From NCBI GenBank assembly GCA_001724265.1, contig MEDY01000034.1, positions 62,001 through 118,667 on the forward strand: DNA of 56,667 bases, in the 5' to 3' direction. The number at the start of each line of letters is the position of its first letter. Position 1 is the stretch's first letter. Position numbers and translations under genes: made by a program. This DNA is from Rhizaria sp. SCN 62-66. Taxonomy: Eukaryota. Under the pieces are notes generated by a model, which worked only from the letters and a program-made list of their open reading frames with translations, was not told where the DNA came from and searched no databases. Below are positions 13,297 to 26,200 of this stretch, piece by piece.

Positions 13297-13463
13297 CGAC
13301 ATCAAGCGTCAGCTCAAATTTATCTAGTTTTTCTTTACTTTAGTTCAACATCATACTTATCGAATACACTATCATTGTATTGAAACTTAAAACGTGTGTA
13401 TTACTGTAAATATCGTCCCTTCAATTGATTTGCGGATCAACATGTGCGACTATGTCTTAAAAT

Positions 13464-16400
13464 TTACTCGGTATCCGTTTCGATCGTAATCGCCTTAGCA
13501 ATGTTGCGGCCGGCCCTGATAAACGCTTCCATGCGCTCCTTTTTGGTCTTGGCCTTTTCAGCAAACTGGCCCGCCGCCTCCGCAGCCTTGGCTGCAGTGC
13601 AGTCGAGGTCCACCTCGAGGTGCTCGTGCCGCACCGTCATCGGCGTCGACAGCATCGGCCGAGCGCTCTCGGCTGCGAAATCGCCCTCGGCCTCCGCAAC
13701 GCTGCGCGCGAACGCGGCCGCGCCCGCGATGGCCGCTGCTGATAGCCCGGGACGCGACTTCGGCCTGGGCGTTACCGGCTGCAGTCGCGCCTGCTGTCCG
13801 GGCTCCGCCGCGAGCTGGGCGAAGAGCTGCTGCTGCCGCAGTGAGGCGCGCTGCCGCAGCTCCTCCGCGGTCGGCGGCGCGGCGGACAGCGGCACGCCCA
13901 TGTCTGGCGTCTTGCTCACAACAACGGAGCCGCCGCCGCGGCCGCCGCGAGCCCCACCGCGAGCGCCGCCACGTCCACGGATGCTGCCGCCGCGCCCGCG
14001 GAAGCCGCCGCGGTTGCGCACACTGGCGGCGACGGCGGCGGCGGCGGCCGTGCGCTGTGCCTGCAGGGACACCGACACCGGTATAGGCGCAAGTGCGGGT
14101 GATGCCTCGAGAATGAAGCGGTTTGGTGGGCGCCTCGCCGCACCTGCCTGTGCTAGGGTAATCTGTGGCAACGACCCCTCAGGCGCAGCTGCGTAGCCGT
14201 GATCGGTGTCGATGGTATCGTCAGCAAAGTCGATCGCGTCGTCGGCGCCGCCGCCGTAGTCGAACTCGTGTAGGCTGTCGCTGCGCGCGTCAAAAGAGAC
14301 GTGCCTGCCGCCGGCGTGGGGCGGGGAAGTCAGGCCGCCGCCTCCGCGCGCCGCCTCGACCTCGGCGAACGCGCTGCTGCCCCAGCCGCGAGCGCCGTAG
14401 TCGCCTCCTGGGCCGCCGCTGACGTCCACACTCTCGAACTCAAACGAGCGGCTGGTGTTGGCCGAGCCGGGTGACGTAAAGCGGTACTCGGTAGCGCTGA
14501 TGTTTGTCGCGCGCGTGCGGTCGCTATGGTGAGCTGATGTCTGCAGCGAAGCCAGCGCCGGTGACGCTGAGTGTGACAGTGACAACGACGAGTGAGTCGA
14601 TGAAGACGACGACGACAACGCTGACGCTGAGGGCGCTGAGCTGTACAACGCGTCCCTGTACTGCGCGGCCGCGGTCCTCCCCACGGCTGCCGCCGCGACG
14701 GCCGCGGCAAGCCCGTCTTGGTAGCCACTGGTGTAGCGCGCCGCGCCCTGATCCACCGCGGAGGCCGCGCGCTCGGCGTCAGCGAGCACATCGGCCAGCG
14801 GCCGCGGCGCCCAGCGCGGCGCCCAGGACGCGCGGGACGCGGGGCTGTAGCCGCCACTGCCGGGGGGCCGCGGCTGCCGCTGCCGCGACTCATTGTAGTC
14901 GTTGTAATTGCGGGCGGAGAGTGGGGCGGAGTCTGGCGGGTACTTAGATGCCGTGTAAGTAGGGCTGCGCGGGTTGTACTCCGGGTTGTACGTATCCTCA
15001 GCCGCCGCGTGCGGACTCGGCAGCCTTGCCTCGGCGCTCTCGCGCTGCTGCTTGGCCTCCTCCTCCTCCTGTTTATGCGCTGCGGCGCGCTTGGCGGCCG
15101 CGATCGACAGATGCAACAGTTCGCGCGCCTGTCGCGCGCTCTCGGCTGCGAGCTCCACCACAGCAGACGCGGCGGTGCCGCGGGCGGCGGCCTCGCTGCC
15201 GCTGTCATCCCCGTTGCCGAGCGCATCGCCGTACTTCACGTCGCTGTCGCTGTCGCTGTTGTCGACGTCGTCGTCGGCGGCCTCGCCCAGCTCCTGCCGC
15301 AGCGCACGCGCACGCGCACGCGCCTCGGCCGCGGCGGCCTGCGCACGCGCGCGCGGCCGGGCCGCCGCGGCGACGGCGGCGCTGGTCCGCGCGGCTGCAG
15401 CGGCGAGCTCGGCAACCGTCCCGGACCGCTCCGTGACCGTGAGCTGCGCGCGGGTCGCCCTGTCGAGCCGGGCGAAGCCGTCGGGCGAGAGCAAGGCCGC
15501 CGTCTCCGAGTCGTCCTCGTCGCCGGACCCGCGGCCGTAGCTGCTGCCGGCGTCGCTGTCTTCGCCGCTGCCGCCGCCGCCGCCGCTCTCGTCGCCGCTG
15601 CTGTCGCTCTCGCCGCGCGGCGCAAAGCCGCCAGGGCCGAACTCGCCCGGGGCGAAGCGACCGTTGGTGCCGAAGTGACCGTGGGCGGCGGGGTAGCCGG
15701 GCAGCCACGGCGCGGGCGCGAACGCGCCGGGCACTGGGAACGGGTAAGGGCCGTATGGGTAAGGGGGGTAGCCGCCCATGTATGGGGCTTGTGGTGGCGC
15801 GAAGTACGGACTGAACGGTGGGAACGCGCCGCCGCCTCCGGGCCCAAGCGGCTGGGCAGCGCCGGAAGTGCTGGAGCCGGCGGCGCTCGCCCCTGGCGGG
15901 ACCAGGACAAAGCGGAACCCCGTGCTGTCGATGGTCGGCACGAGCACGGGCTGCCCTGCCTGTCGCTGCTGTTGCTGCGCAGTGCGGGGGCGCGCGCCCT
16001 GCTTATGCGTGTCGTCGTCTGCGTCAGTCACGTGGGTTGCGGGCCTCTTGAGTCCTTTGCCGCCCGCGCGCGCCCCCTGCTGCTGCAGCTGCTGCGGGTG
16101 CTGCTGCTGCAGATGTGGAAAGAGCTGGCTGTACTGGCTCTGAGCAAGCTGCTGCTGCCATTGCGCTGCTGCTGCCGCTAGCTGATGCTGCTGCTGTTGC
16201 TGTTGCTGCTGCTGTTGTTGCTGTTGTTGCTGCTGTAGTGCAAGCAGCAGCGGCAGAGTCGCGTCAGTTGTCGGTAGTGCTGTTGATGCGGCTGACTGTG
16301 AACCGTTGGGCAGCGAGAAAGTGAAGCCGCCCCACGACACCGTCGGCCGCGCAGCGCCGCCGCCGCCCCCGGGCTTTCCCTCTGCATCGCTGTCACTGTC

Positions 16401-19400
16401 ACTCCCGCTCTCGACCGCCGCAGGAGCAATGCGGGCTGCGCGGGCAACAGCGGCTGCAGCGGGCGGCGCGGCAGCAGATGCGGCCCTCAACGCGGTCTTC
16501 TTGCCGTTGCTGTCAGCGGTGGCTTGGGCCTTAGCAGTGGTCTTGTTATATGACTCGAACGCAGCCGCCCAGATCCCTTCTTCGACACTTGTTTCATCGC
16601 CGATGGCATTGTCGCCACTGTCTTGGGGTCGCGCCGCAGCAACAGCAGCGGGGTTGTCTGCATCGAAGCTGAAGCCTGTGTTCAGGCCGTCGTCGTCGCT
16701 GGCGCTTGTACTCTCGCCGCCGCGCTCTTGCTGCTGTTGCTCAAGCTCGCGCTGATGCTGCTTGCGCTGCCCCAAAGTCAAGCCGCCGTCGGACGCAGCG
16801 TCGCTCAGCGCAAGGGCCCGCGCGGTCAGCGGCCGCTTGCTCTGGCCGGCGAGCCCGCCCAGACTCACACTTGTCGCGTTCAGCCCCGACCCTGCCCCGG
16901 CCCCCGTCCCCGCCTTTGGTCTCTCCGCGCCGGGGGCCGTAGCGCTCATTGCAGCGCCGTTGTTGTTGTTGCCGTCTCCCGCCTCCCCACCCGCGCCCGC
17001 GCCCGCGGGGCCGGATGCGGCGCTATGCGCGCCGCTGGTGCGGGCCTTGGTCCGCAGATGCTCCACGCGGCCGCGCTGCGACTGCTGCTGCCGCGACAAG
17101 CTTGCGGTGAGCGGCGGTGTATATTCCGCGCCGCGCTGCCCCACGGTTGCTGTTGGCAGCGCTGCCGTGCTTGCAGCGTGTCCGCCCTGCAGCTGTTGCT
17201 GCTGGCGCTGCTGCTGCTGCTGCGGTGGTGGTGGTGGCGTCAGCTCGAGTGGGTGCGCGTCTAGTACGCGCTCCGTGCGCCGCGGCTGCTGCGCCTGCTG
17301 CGACAGAGCGAGGGGCTGTTCGGTGTCGACTGAGAATAGCGGCGCGATGGGCAGCAGCCACGGCGAGGAAAACGGACTGTCCCAGCCCCCACCCCGCTGG
17401 CCCGCAAAGGCCCCCTGCGCAGTGCTGTCGCCGGCGCGCGTGCTTGTGCGAGTGCGTGTGCGCGTGTCCGGCGTGGCGTGTTCTTGACGCTCCTGGGGTT
17501 GCGTTTGTTGCTGTTGCGCGTGCTGCAGCTGCGTGTGCTGGATCTGTGTGTGACGCAACTGTGTGCGCCCGCCCTGATGCTCCGCGTAGTAACGCTCGAG
17601 CTGCGTGTCGACAACCATTGGCACTGGCAGCGATGACAACAGCGGCTGCGTCGGCGTCAGCGGCTGCGGCTGCAACGGCGGCTGCGACAGCGCGGCCGTC
17701 AGCCACTCATGCGGCTGCACCTGCGCCTGTGTCTGGGACTGAGACTGGGGCTGAGACTGGGGTTGGGGCTGGGACGGCGGACGGGGCCTCGTATACAGCA
17801 GAGGCTCCTGCTGTTGTGTTTGCTGCTGCTGTAGTTGCTGCTGCGGCTGTCCTACCTGCGGCTGCGCATGCTGTGACTGGGACTGTGTCGGCCCGTAGAA
17901 CAACGACGACGGTCGCTGCGGCTGGGCGTGGGTGTGTGTGTGAGGCTGCGCGGGGGAAAGCGCCTGTGCGTGCGAGCGTGGCTGTGTGTCTGAGCGCGGT
18001 TGTGCTTGCGGCGAGCGCGTGGGGCTCCTGTACTGCGGCAGCGGCGACAGAGGGTCGTACTCGCGGCCGGCGGCACTTAGACCCGAGGTACTTACCCGCG
18101 CAGCCGTCGTCGCTGCGCTGTGGCGCTGTCGCGGCTGCCGTGGAGGCATCAGCGCCCCAAACGCCACGCTAGTGCTCGCATTGGCACTCGCATAGCTCGC
18201 GCTCGCAGTCAAGTTATGGGCGCTGTTGACCGGCGCGGTGCGCGCCTGCTGGCCCGGCGGCGTCGTGTCGGGCGAGGACGACGACGCCAGCGGGTGCTGC
18301 GGCCGCTTCGCCCCGTTGAGACCGCTGGCACTGCGGTTGCCCGCTGCGGCCAAGTGGCCGTGGCCGTAATCGTGGCCTGGCGCTGAGTGCCGGCCGTGGC
18401 GCCGCGCCGCCCCGAGCCGCGGACTGCCGGCCGGCGTGGGGTGGTCCGCGGGGATGCGGGCGCGCGCGGCGTCGCGCTCGAGTCGCAGCTGCTCGCCCTC
18501 AGGCAGCCCGTGCGCACCGCGGCCCTGTTGCTGCTGTTGTGGCTCCGGCCCTTCTAGGCTGAGGTGCTGCAGCTCAGCCTGCGTTTGCGCCTCGAGCTGC
18601 GCCTGTTGCTACTGCAGTTGCTGTTGCTGTTGCTGTTGCTGCTGCTTCTTGATCGCGTTAGCGGCTGAGAACGCGGGAAAGATGCTGCCGCGCAGCCGCA
18701 GCGTCGGTGACTTGAACGCTCCGCCCTGGGTCAGCCTACTCATTGTCTTCAAGCCTGCGCTCACAGTCTTGGAGCCGCTGGCTACAGCGCCTGCACCGAC
18801 GCCCACGACACGGCCCCCGCTCGCGGCCGCGGCTGCAGGGGCCCCGACGCTGGTGCGCACCTTGGCAAGCGTCTTGGTTGCCTTCGCTGCGCTGGCAGCA
18901 GACTTGGCCGTGGAGGCTGAGGCGGTTGCTGCAGCGGCCTGCTGCTGCTGCTGCTGGGACTTGGGCGAGACCGGGAAGTCGTACAGCATCGCCTTAATGG
19001 GCTCTAGGTCTAGGTCTGCGCTGTCACGCATAGCCGCGTCTGCGCCGGCGCCAGTGCTAGCAACAGCAACGGTGCCAGTCACAGTGCTGGAGGCAGTGCT
19101 GGCGAAGCGGCGTTTGTCAATGATGTCCTTATCTTTGTCACTTGGCTTGCGCTTGTCTTTTTCGCTTCCCTTCAGGTTGGGGCCATCTTTGACAGATGTT
19201 GTTGCTGTTGATGTCTTTGAGTTCATAGCCGTCGCTGCGTGCACCTGCGCCTGTGTCTGCGCCTGCTGTGTGTTTTTCGCGGCGAGCGCCAGCTCCGCGA
19301 GCGGGCGTCGGCGCACGCTGTTCACGGCGGCGGGCTTGGAGCCCGTCGCGCGCCGGTGCAGCGACACCACCGATGACTCCACAGCGGCCGCGCTGTCGGA

Positions 19401-19679
19401 GGAATCGGCGTCCCGGGCCGGCGGGGCGGATTGCCGGTGCTGAAAGGGCTTGGCTGCAGAAGTCGACGCGGCGACGGCGGGCTTGGACGAAGGCGCAGGA
19501 AGAGGGTTTTCCTTTAACGCGCCTGTGGAGCCATGCAAAAGCACAGAGAGGCCGCCAGAAAGACTATCCAGAATATCTGTGGAGGTACCGGCTGGCGCTG
19601 CATCATTTATGTCGAGATTGATGGGATCCGATGTGGATCGACGGCGGGAGCGGACAATAAGTCCGCTGGACTTGCTCAT
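13464..19679 (-). CDS. Uncharacterised Gln/Ala-rich low-complexity protein (~2071 aa); 1 in-frame TAG inside a poly-Gln tract
   Basis: ORFs 18609..19679 and 13464..18353 share a frame. I translated 18608-18354 by hand and it is stop-free (QQAQLEAQTQAELQHLSLEGPEPQQQQQGRG...). Ends in TAA 13464-66. Confidence 0.75.
16184..16234 (-). repeat. CAG/CAA trinucleotide tract encoding poly-Gln
   Basis: The + strand reads (ctg/ttg)n and corresponds to the long Q run (LLLALQQQQ...QHQ) in the 13464-19679 gene. Confidence 0.8.
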
Positions 19680-20189
19680 CTGTGAGTTAGAATCAAATCA
19701 AGGCCTTATGTTCGATCCCCGAAGCTGAAGATGAACTTATAAAAGGATTCAGCAGAAATGTTAGATTTAACACTAGTTGGTCAATTTTATCATAATATTA
19801 CGATAGATTCAAGTCGAATTATGAGTAGAATTTTTGATCTCTGTCGAAGTTCTTGCTGACCACAAGTTGGCGCCAACACAGCCAACGGCTATGAAATGTC
19901 AACAAGTGCGGATGTACGTGTACTGTATCTAGTTCTGCGGCAAATACTTCTATAAAAACAGTGTTTATTAATAAACAATTCCTATACTACAAACGATACT
20001 GTGTTTCTTTTTGACTTCTTTCTCTTTCCTCCGTCTTTCTTTAAAAAACAAGCGGAGATGCTACTCATGCTCGTAGCCTCCTATCGCTCAGTTTCCGCTG
20101 CATAACAACTTAGAAGCAAAGTATCTTCTCATAAAATTGATGTTTCCTGGACCATGATTGTACAAACGGACATGTTGGCGCTTGTGTAC

Positions 20190-22443
20190 TTAGAGGTAAT
20201 GCACTTGCTCACGGTCGTCGTCCTCGCCAGTCCTCTTCTTATCCTTCTTCTCCTTCTTGTCCTTCTTGTCCTTCTTGTCCTTCTTATCAGCCTTCTTAAC
20301 GTCCTCGCCCGACATCGCCTCCGGCAGCTCCGCCGTCTCGCCCTCCTCTTCCTCCTCCTCCTCCTCCTCCTCGCCCGCAGCCGCGCCCGCGGCCCCCGCG
20401 GACTCGGGGGTCACGGTAGGGGCGGCGGCGTCGTCGCTGTCGCGGCAGGTCATGGGCGCGCCGATGACCTGGGGGCCGTACATGGCGTCGAACTCGGCGT
20501 CGTCGATGTGGGGCATCGGGAAGCGGGTCAGACACGCGATGCCCGTCAGCATCGCGAGCTCTATGATGAGCAAAGGAAAAAATGAGTGTCAAAGATACAC
20601 AAGTGAGATTAACCACAATGAATAGGAATGACGAGACAACGGATATATAAAACGTCAATAAAAAAATTCACAAGGGCCATGATACACCCGGCATTTGATT
20701 GAAATTGACGATATATCGAGAGAGAGATCTCGAGTGGCAACGTACGCTCGCCAGTGACGTTCGCGGTGGAGAAGGAGTGGACCTTGGCGCCGCCCTTGAC
20801 GGCGTCGACGAGCGCCGTGTACTTAAGGCGCTCGTTAAGCACGTTGGACTTAAAGAGCTCGTCCGTAACCAGGAGCTCGGACACGGCGCCCGCGCGCACG
20901 CAGCGCTCGACGTGGTCGAAGCCTACAGCAGACATGGAAACAAGAACAAAGCAACATATAGAAGCGAAGCGCGCAACGACAATGAGACAACATTTGGCCC
21001 TGAAACATCGATAGACTCAATAATAAAGGATTAAATAACAAATTAATCTTAAACATCAACTTTAACTCGAAATAAATTGCGAATAATGGCGATGTTGATG
21101 GCGGCGTACCGTAGAAGGCCCTGTCGGGGTCGGTGTTGAGCATCTCGTAGTAGTCCTCCATGATCTTGCTTTCGGACGCCGCGCCCGTGGTCGACACGAG
21201 CTCCTTGACGGCGGGCGTCTGCATCACCTGCGTAAGCGCGTACTTCTGCCCCGTGGACGCGTGCGTGAGCGCAATCTTGTGCTTATGCTCGAGCAGCGTC
21301 TTCCAGCCCTTTTCCTCAGCCTGCTGCAGCAGCACGGCCTGGAAGTCGCGCGGCACGAAGCCGGGCCCCGCAAGCAGCACAGCGCGCAGCGTGTCAAACG
21401 CCACGTGCGTGTGCACCGCCTCAGCCAGGCGCACGTAGAACTTCTGCAGCGCCTGCGGTGGCGGTAGAGCGGTAGCAATGACAAACAGAAATGAAACAAA
21501 AATTGAGTCACATTGATTATGATAGAACCACCTTCAAAGATAGCAACAGTTATATAGTGAATACAACAAAGCGTTCGCGCTAATCCGCGTCATCTGACGT
21601 ACCGTGTCGTGTCCCGAGGGCCCCGAGGGGCGCTTCTTGGGGATGGACTGCTCGACGCGCGCCTTGACCACGGTCATCTGCGACGACACGATGCACACGT
21701 GCGCCAGACCGGGCTCGACGACCACGGCCGCCAGCGTCGCGCCCTGCGTCGGGTCCACGGCCATGCGCAGGCGCTGCGAGTCGCGGAGCTCCCAGTTCTT
21801 CTTGTAGAGCCGCAGCTTGGTGTCGTGCGCGATCTCGAAGGTGTGGTGTTGGCCGCGATGCACGTGCTCCGTCTCGTTGGTCACCACGCCCATCACGCGC
21901 AGCGAGCAGGGCTCCGCAGTCCATTGCACCTCCACCACGTCAATCTCCAGGCGCATCGCGACCTGCAAGGTGGGTCGGGGCGAGGGGCCACGAGGAAGGA
22001 AGGAAGGAATGAAACAGGGAGAAGAAGTCAAGCGGGGGATGAGAAACGTTGAGAGCGCATACATGGATAAAAACAGAATGGACAGAGCGTCATACAGGTC
22101 GAAATATATAATATTGTTGGTGAACATTACATATTTTGAGTGAAAAGATAGATTGATGACGTACACGAGTGGAGCCAGCGCGGGCGCCGGTGTTGGCGAC
22201 CTTGCGGAAGGCAGAGCCACGGATGGAGTCTCCGGGACGAATCAGGTGGTACAGGTGCCAGATATCTACGCGTGAACACATAAAGGATAAGGTGGGTAGG
22301 TGAGTAACGTATATTGGCGGAGGCGGGGGTATGGAAGCAATAGAAGGGATACATGTGGGAAACATACCTTCGTCAGCAAGGACGTGGAACTGGATTTCGC
22401 CCTCAGACCCAGGAGAGGGAATGTGACGAGAAAGGAGATGCAT
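20190..22443 (-). CDS. PELO: Pelota/Dom34 ribosome-rescue factor, 6 exons, ~475 aa
   Basis: Exons 22443-22368, 22265-22165, 21962-21603, 21452-21110, 20922-20746 and 20560-20190 total 1428 nt; all junctions are GT-AG. Spliced protein contains EDIWHLYHLIRPGDSIRGSAFRKV, HHTFEI, LAAVVVEPGLAHVCIV, IPKKR, LLAGPGF, DPDRAFYG and GEQLAMLTGIACLTRFP, colinear with Pelota. TAA stop. Confidence 0.93.
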
Positions 22444-23276
22444 TCTTAAGTTTGTATACGAAACCTAAAACGCGAAAAGCTAAAATAACACGTGCAAAAA
22501 TGCAAACCAGTGAGCAAAGTGTTGTTGACGGACGTGTGAGCGAGAGCAAGATAAAATTGGCAAGGCTTGTTCCTCTTGAACGTGCAGAGAAGTTGGTGGC
22601 CACTCGCCGCCGGCAACACCGAGTTTCATTGATAATGCGTCGATATTAAGATACAACATAAAACACCGTGTGCGCTAATGCTTGCCACCGTGTGTTTTGT
22701 ATTTTTCTTTATTATATCATCGTGGTTCTCAAATACAGTTGCAGTATCCCGACTCAAACGCATGGAGCGTTGACTGGCGCACTCGCTCGCGATGCGTTTG
22801 CGATTGCTCCCCTGCTGTGCATGAGCCCATGTGCGACACATAGAGACAGCCATAAGAGTCACCACAGCCTTAGCGCGAAGGCTAAAGCCTTGTGTGCTTG
22901 TTTCTGGGTCTAGACTAGACGTGATCAAAGAAACTCCTAGCGTCATGCGCGCTACGTCCCTGCCTCGGTCCCCGCGACTGCTCCTGTTGTTTCTGATTCA
23001 CTCCCCAAAACAAGCACCCCCTCTGCGTCCACGGCACCTTTCAGTCCTCTCGGCTAAGCAAGCTCTTTCCCCCAGTTAACTCGGGATCGCCGCACTCTCA
23101 ACGCGAAGACTAAGGCCGTGCGCGCTTGCCGCCGTGACTATCATGCTCAACACATATTAATACAACGACCATTGCTTTCCTGGCTGATAAGAGATTATGA
23201 GTCTACCGATTTCTGTGTTTATTGTTTTCGATATGCTTCCATACAAAATAGTTGGACATGTTTCCCAAATTTGTCC

Positions 23277-26200
23277 TCACATTTCACTAAACCAGTCATC
23301 CTCCGCCTCTTGCGACCCGGCCTGGCTGGCACCGGTCCCTGCTGCTGCGTCTGTAGGTTGCTGGTGCACAGCTGCAGGCGAGCTGCGCGTGCTCGCGCGT
23401 CCCCCAGTTGTTCCGCTACTGCGCACAGCAGCATATGTACTTGCAAGCGGCTCTCGCCGTTGCTGTTGCAGCTGTGCGAGGAGCTGTGGTCGCCGCTCAG
23501 CAGCAGCTGTGCTCGCCGGTGCCGCAGCAGTGGTCACGTGCGAGAGCTGGGTCATCGGCACCGTGTGCTGCGGCAGCACCGGCAGGCTGTCGCTTTCGTC
23601 GCCGCCTCCGACACCGAACCCACCGCGCGAGAGGGAAAACGCATGTCGCGCGCCACTGCTGCGCGCTGTCACCGCGGCGCGACCCGGCGCCGCAGGGGCT
23701 GTGGGCGTGCCAGCAAACTCCGCGCCGGCCTGCGCTCGGTCAGCCGCGGTGAGCGCCAGCGTCGGTGTGCGCGCGAGCCGGCCGGCCGCGTGGACGCGCT
23801 GCGCCAGCGTCTCGACGTCGACCTCGGACTCGGACGAGTCGTCGAAGGCGTCGTAGCGGCTCGGCCGGGCCTTCTTCGCCGGAGCGGCGGCAGCGGCAGT
23901 TGTGGTGCGCGGAGACTTGCGTGTGGTCGCAGCGCTTGTGGACGCCGTGGCAGTCGCAGGCTGTTGTTGCGGAGATAACTTGACAGTCTGCTTCTGAGCC
24001 TCGCCTGCTGTGGCTGAAGGCTCTGGTGGCGCAAAACTACGGCCAACCTCAGTGACACGAGCAGGTACAGCCTTGGTAGCAGCCTCTGTTGCAGCAGCTT
24101 CGTCGTTTATCGGCACGGCTGCCTTAGTAACGCTACTACTATTGCTACTGGCGAAACTCGCATCAATCGAAGCTGTTGTGTCCTCGTGCAATGCAGTCCT
24201 CCCCGCAGTGCGCGCGCCCCCGCGCCCTCCGCGCCCTCCACGCCCGCCACGGCCGCGCCCTGTCACGCCGCGACCCCTCCGCAGCAGCGGCAGCGGAGAC
24301 AGCAGCAGAGACCGGCCGCCGCTGTCGCCCGCCTCCACGCCCTCCGTCGCAGAACCCGCGGTGGCCGCGGCTGTCTGAAGCACCGGTGTGGCCACGCGCG
24401 CGCGCTTCGCGCTCCCTGTGGCCGCGGCTGCAGCAGGCGTTGCTGCAGAAGCGGGGGATGATGTCGCGAACTGAGACTGCGGCGGCGGCAGCGGGGAGAG
24501 GTACGGTGTCGACTCAGCGGCCCGCTTGCGCGAGCGCAACACTGGCGTCGACTCACCTCCGGCACTGACGTCGCCCACGTCAGTCGTGTCTATGGGCGCA
24601 ACGCTAGGTGTCCCAGATGTCACAGTGCGTGCCACTGTGTCTTGCTTTGCTGCTGTTGTTGTTGGTGCCGGAACAGAGGGCTTGCCAAACGCGGACGTGT
24701 GCAAAGGCTGCCCCCGCGCGTCTTTGTCTGTCGCAGCTGTTGCTTTGCCGCGACCTCCTACGCCGGCGACGGGCGGCCGAGGTGGTAACCCCGCACCGCG
24801 CGTTGGGACGCCTGGAGAAGCTACAGCAGCGGCGGCGGCAGCAGCAGCAGCGGCGGCGGCGACGGCAGCAGCAGCGGCTGCCGCTGCTGTTTCCTGCGCT
24901 GCCGCGCTCTCACGTGTGGCCCGGCGGCGCAGTAACGGCGGTGAAAACAGTGCGCTCTCGGCTGCAGTCGGTTGAGCTTCAGCGGCTGCCCGCACTGCTG
25001 GCTTCTTAACCTCAGCAAGTCCTGTGTCGCTTGCGTCCCCCGTGGTGCGACGAGACTGTCGGTCTGCAGAGCCGGCATCTGACTCGGGCTCACTGCGCGT
25101 CTCACGGCCAGCAGCCGCAGCGCCTCCGCGTCCGCGCCCGCGTCCGCGGCCACGCCCTCGGCCTCCACGCCCTAACCCTCCGCGCTCAGTGCGCTGCTGG
25201 ACGTCGACCTCTTCGCCAATGTCACTCCCCTCATCGCCAGAAGGTTCTGTGATGGGTGATAAGGGCTGCATCTGCGCTGCTGGTGCAAACGCGCTGCGCG
25301 ACGCCATTTTGCTCGCCGTCATCTGCGTTGGCAACGCGCCCTCCCCAGCGGCGGCTACATCAGTGCCCGCATTAAGGTCGCTGCTTGCCCCAGCGGCGGC
25401 GGCGGCGGCGCGACGCCTGCGTTGACCCACTGGTGGCAACGGCGAGGCAATCTGTTGCATCACGCGCCCCGCGGACGGCGGCGCAGCCGCTGAGGGCACC
25501 GACGCAGCTGCCGCGGTTGCGGGGGTGGTTGTCCCCGATTGAGGCTGCGACAGCGGCAGCATAGCGGGCCACGGTGACGCGGGCACTGTCGGCGCTGGAA
25601 GCGCGGAGAGCAGACTCGGCGTCGCGCCGCTGTCACCCTGCGTCAGAGGGACTGTGGGCAGCGGCAGCGGCGACAGGCCTGCTCCAGTCAGTGGAGCGAC
25701 GGCGCCGACACCGGTCATCGCGGCCCCAATATGAGGGCTTGTGCGAGGCGTGATGTAAGCTCCGTTGGTCTCAGTGTCACTCATGCTTTGTACAGTCGAA
25801 GCAACTGCCGCCGCAGCAGCTGCAGCTGCAATCTGTTGCGTTGAAGCTGAGAGCGCCCTTTCTGCAGTCTCATTTGCTGCTGTAGCAGCTGTGCGTGCCC
25901 CATCTGCAACAGTACTCAGCGACGCAACCTGTGCTTGCAGAGCTTGAGCTTCGGCGACAGCACCCGCAGCAGCTACGCGTGCTGCTGCTGCATCTGCGCG
26001 GGCAGCGCTTGCATCCTCAAGGGCTTTTGTGACGGATGGTGTTGCAGCGAATGCAGACTCAAGCGCGGCAATACGTGACACCGCGCCTGTAGCCGCAGGG
26101 CAATCTTTCACCGTGCTTGTGGCAGCAATTACGGTTGCCTGCTGCTCTACAAGAGTCTGAACACGGGCTTGCAACGTGGCAATCGTGTCTGTGTTTAAAC

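Noticed and set aside
14840-15000. RNA polymerase II CTD-like heptads (YNPEYNPRSPTY, YSPAS)
   Set aside because: Only two or three degenerate units in a low-complexity protein; not enough to call.
18609-18611. A-to-I editing (UAG to Trp), pyrrolysine or programmed readthrough
   Set aside because: Trp is implausible in a poly-Q or Ala-rich context. No pyl genes are present and Pyl is not known in eukaryotes. There is no shared downstream readthrough motif. U-to-C editing cannot be excluded without RNA data.
20190-22443. Pelota as the release factor eRF1 responsible for the code change
   Set aside because: It lacks GGQ and NIKS and has the Pelota-specific N-terminal domain with PGF and RAFYG motifs.
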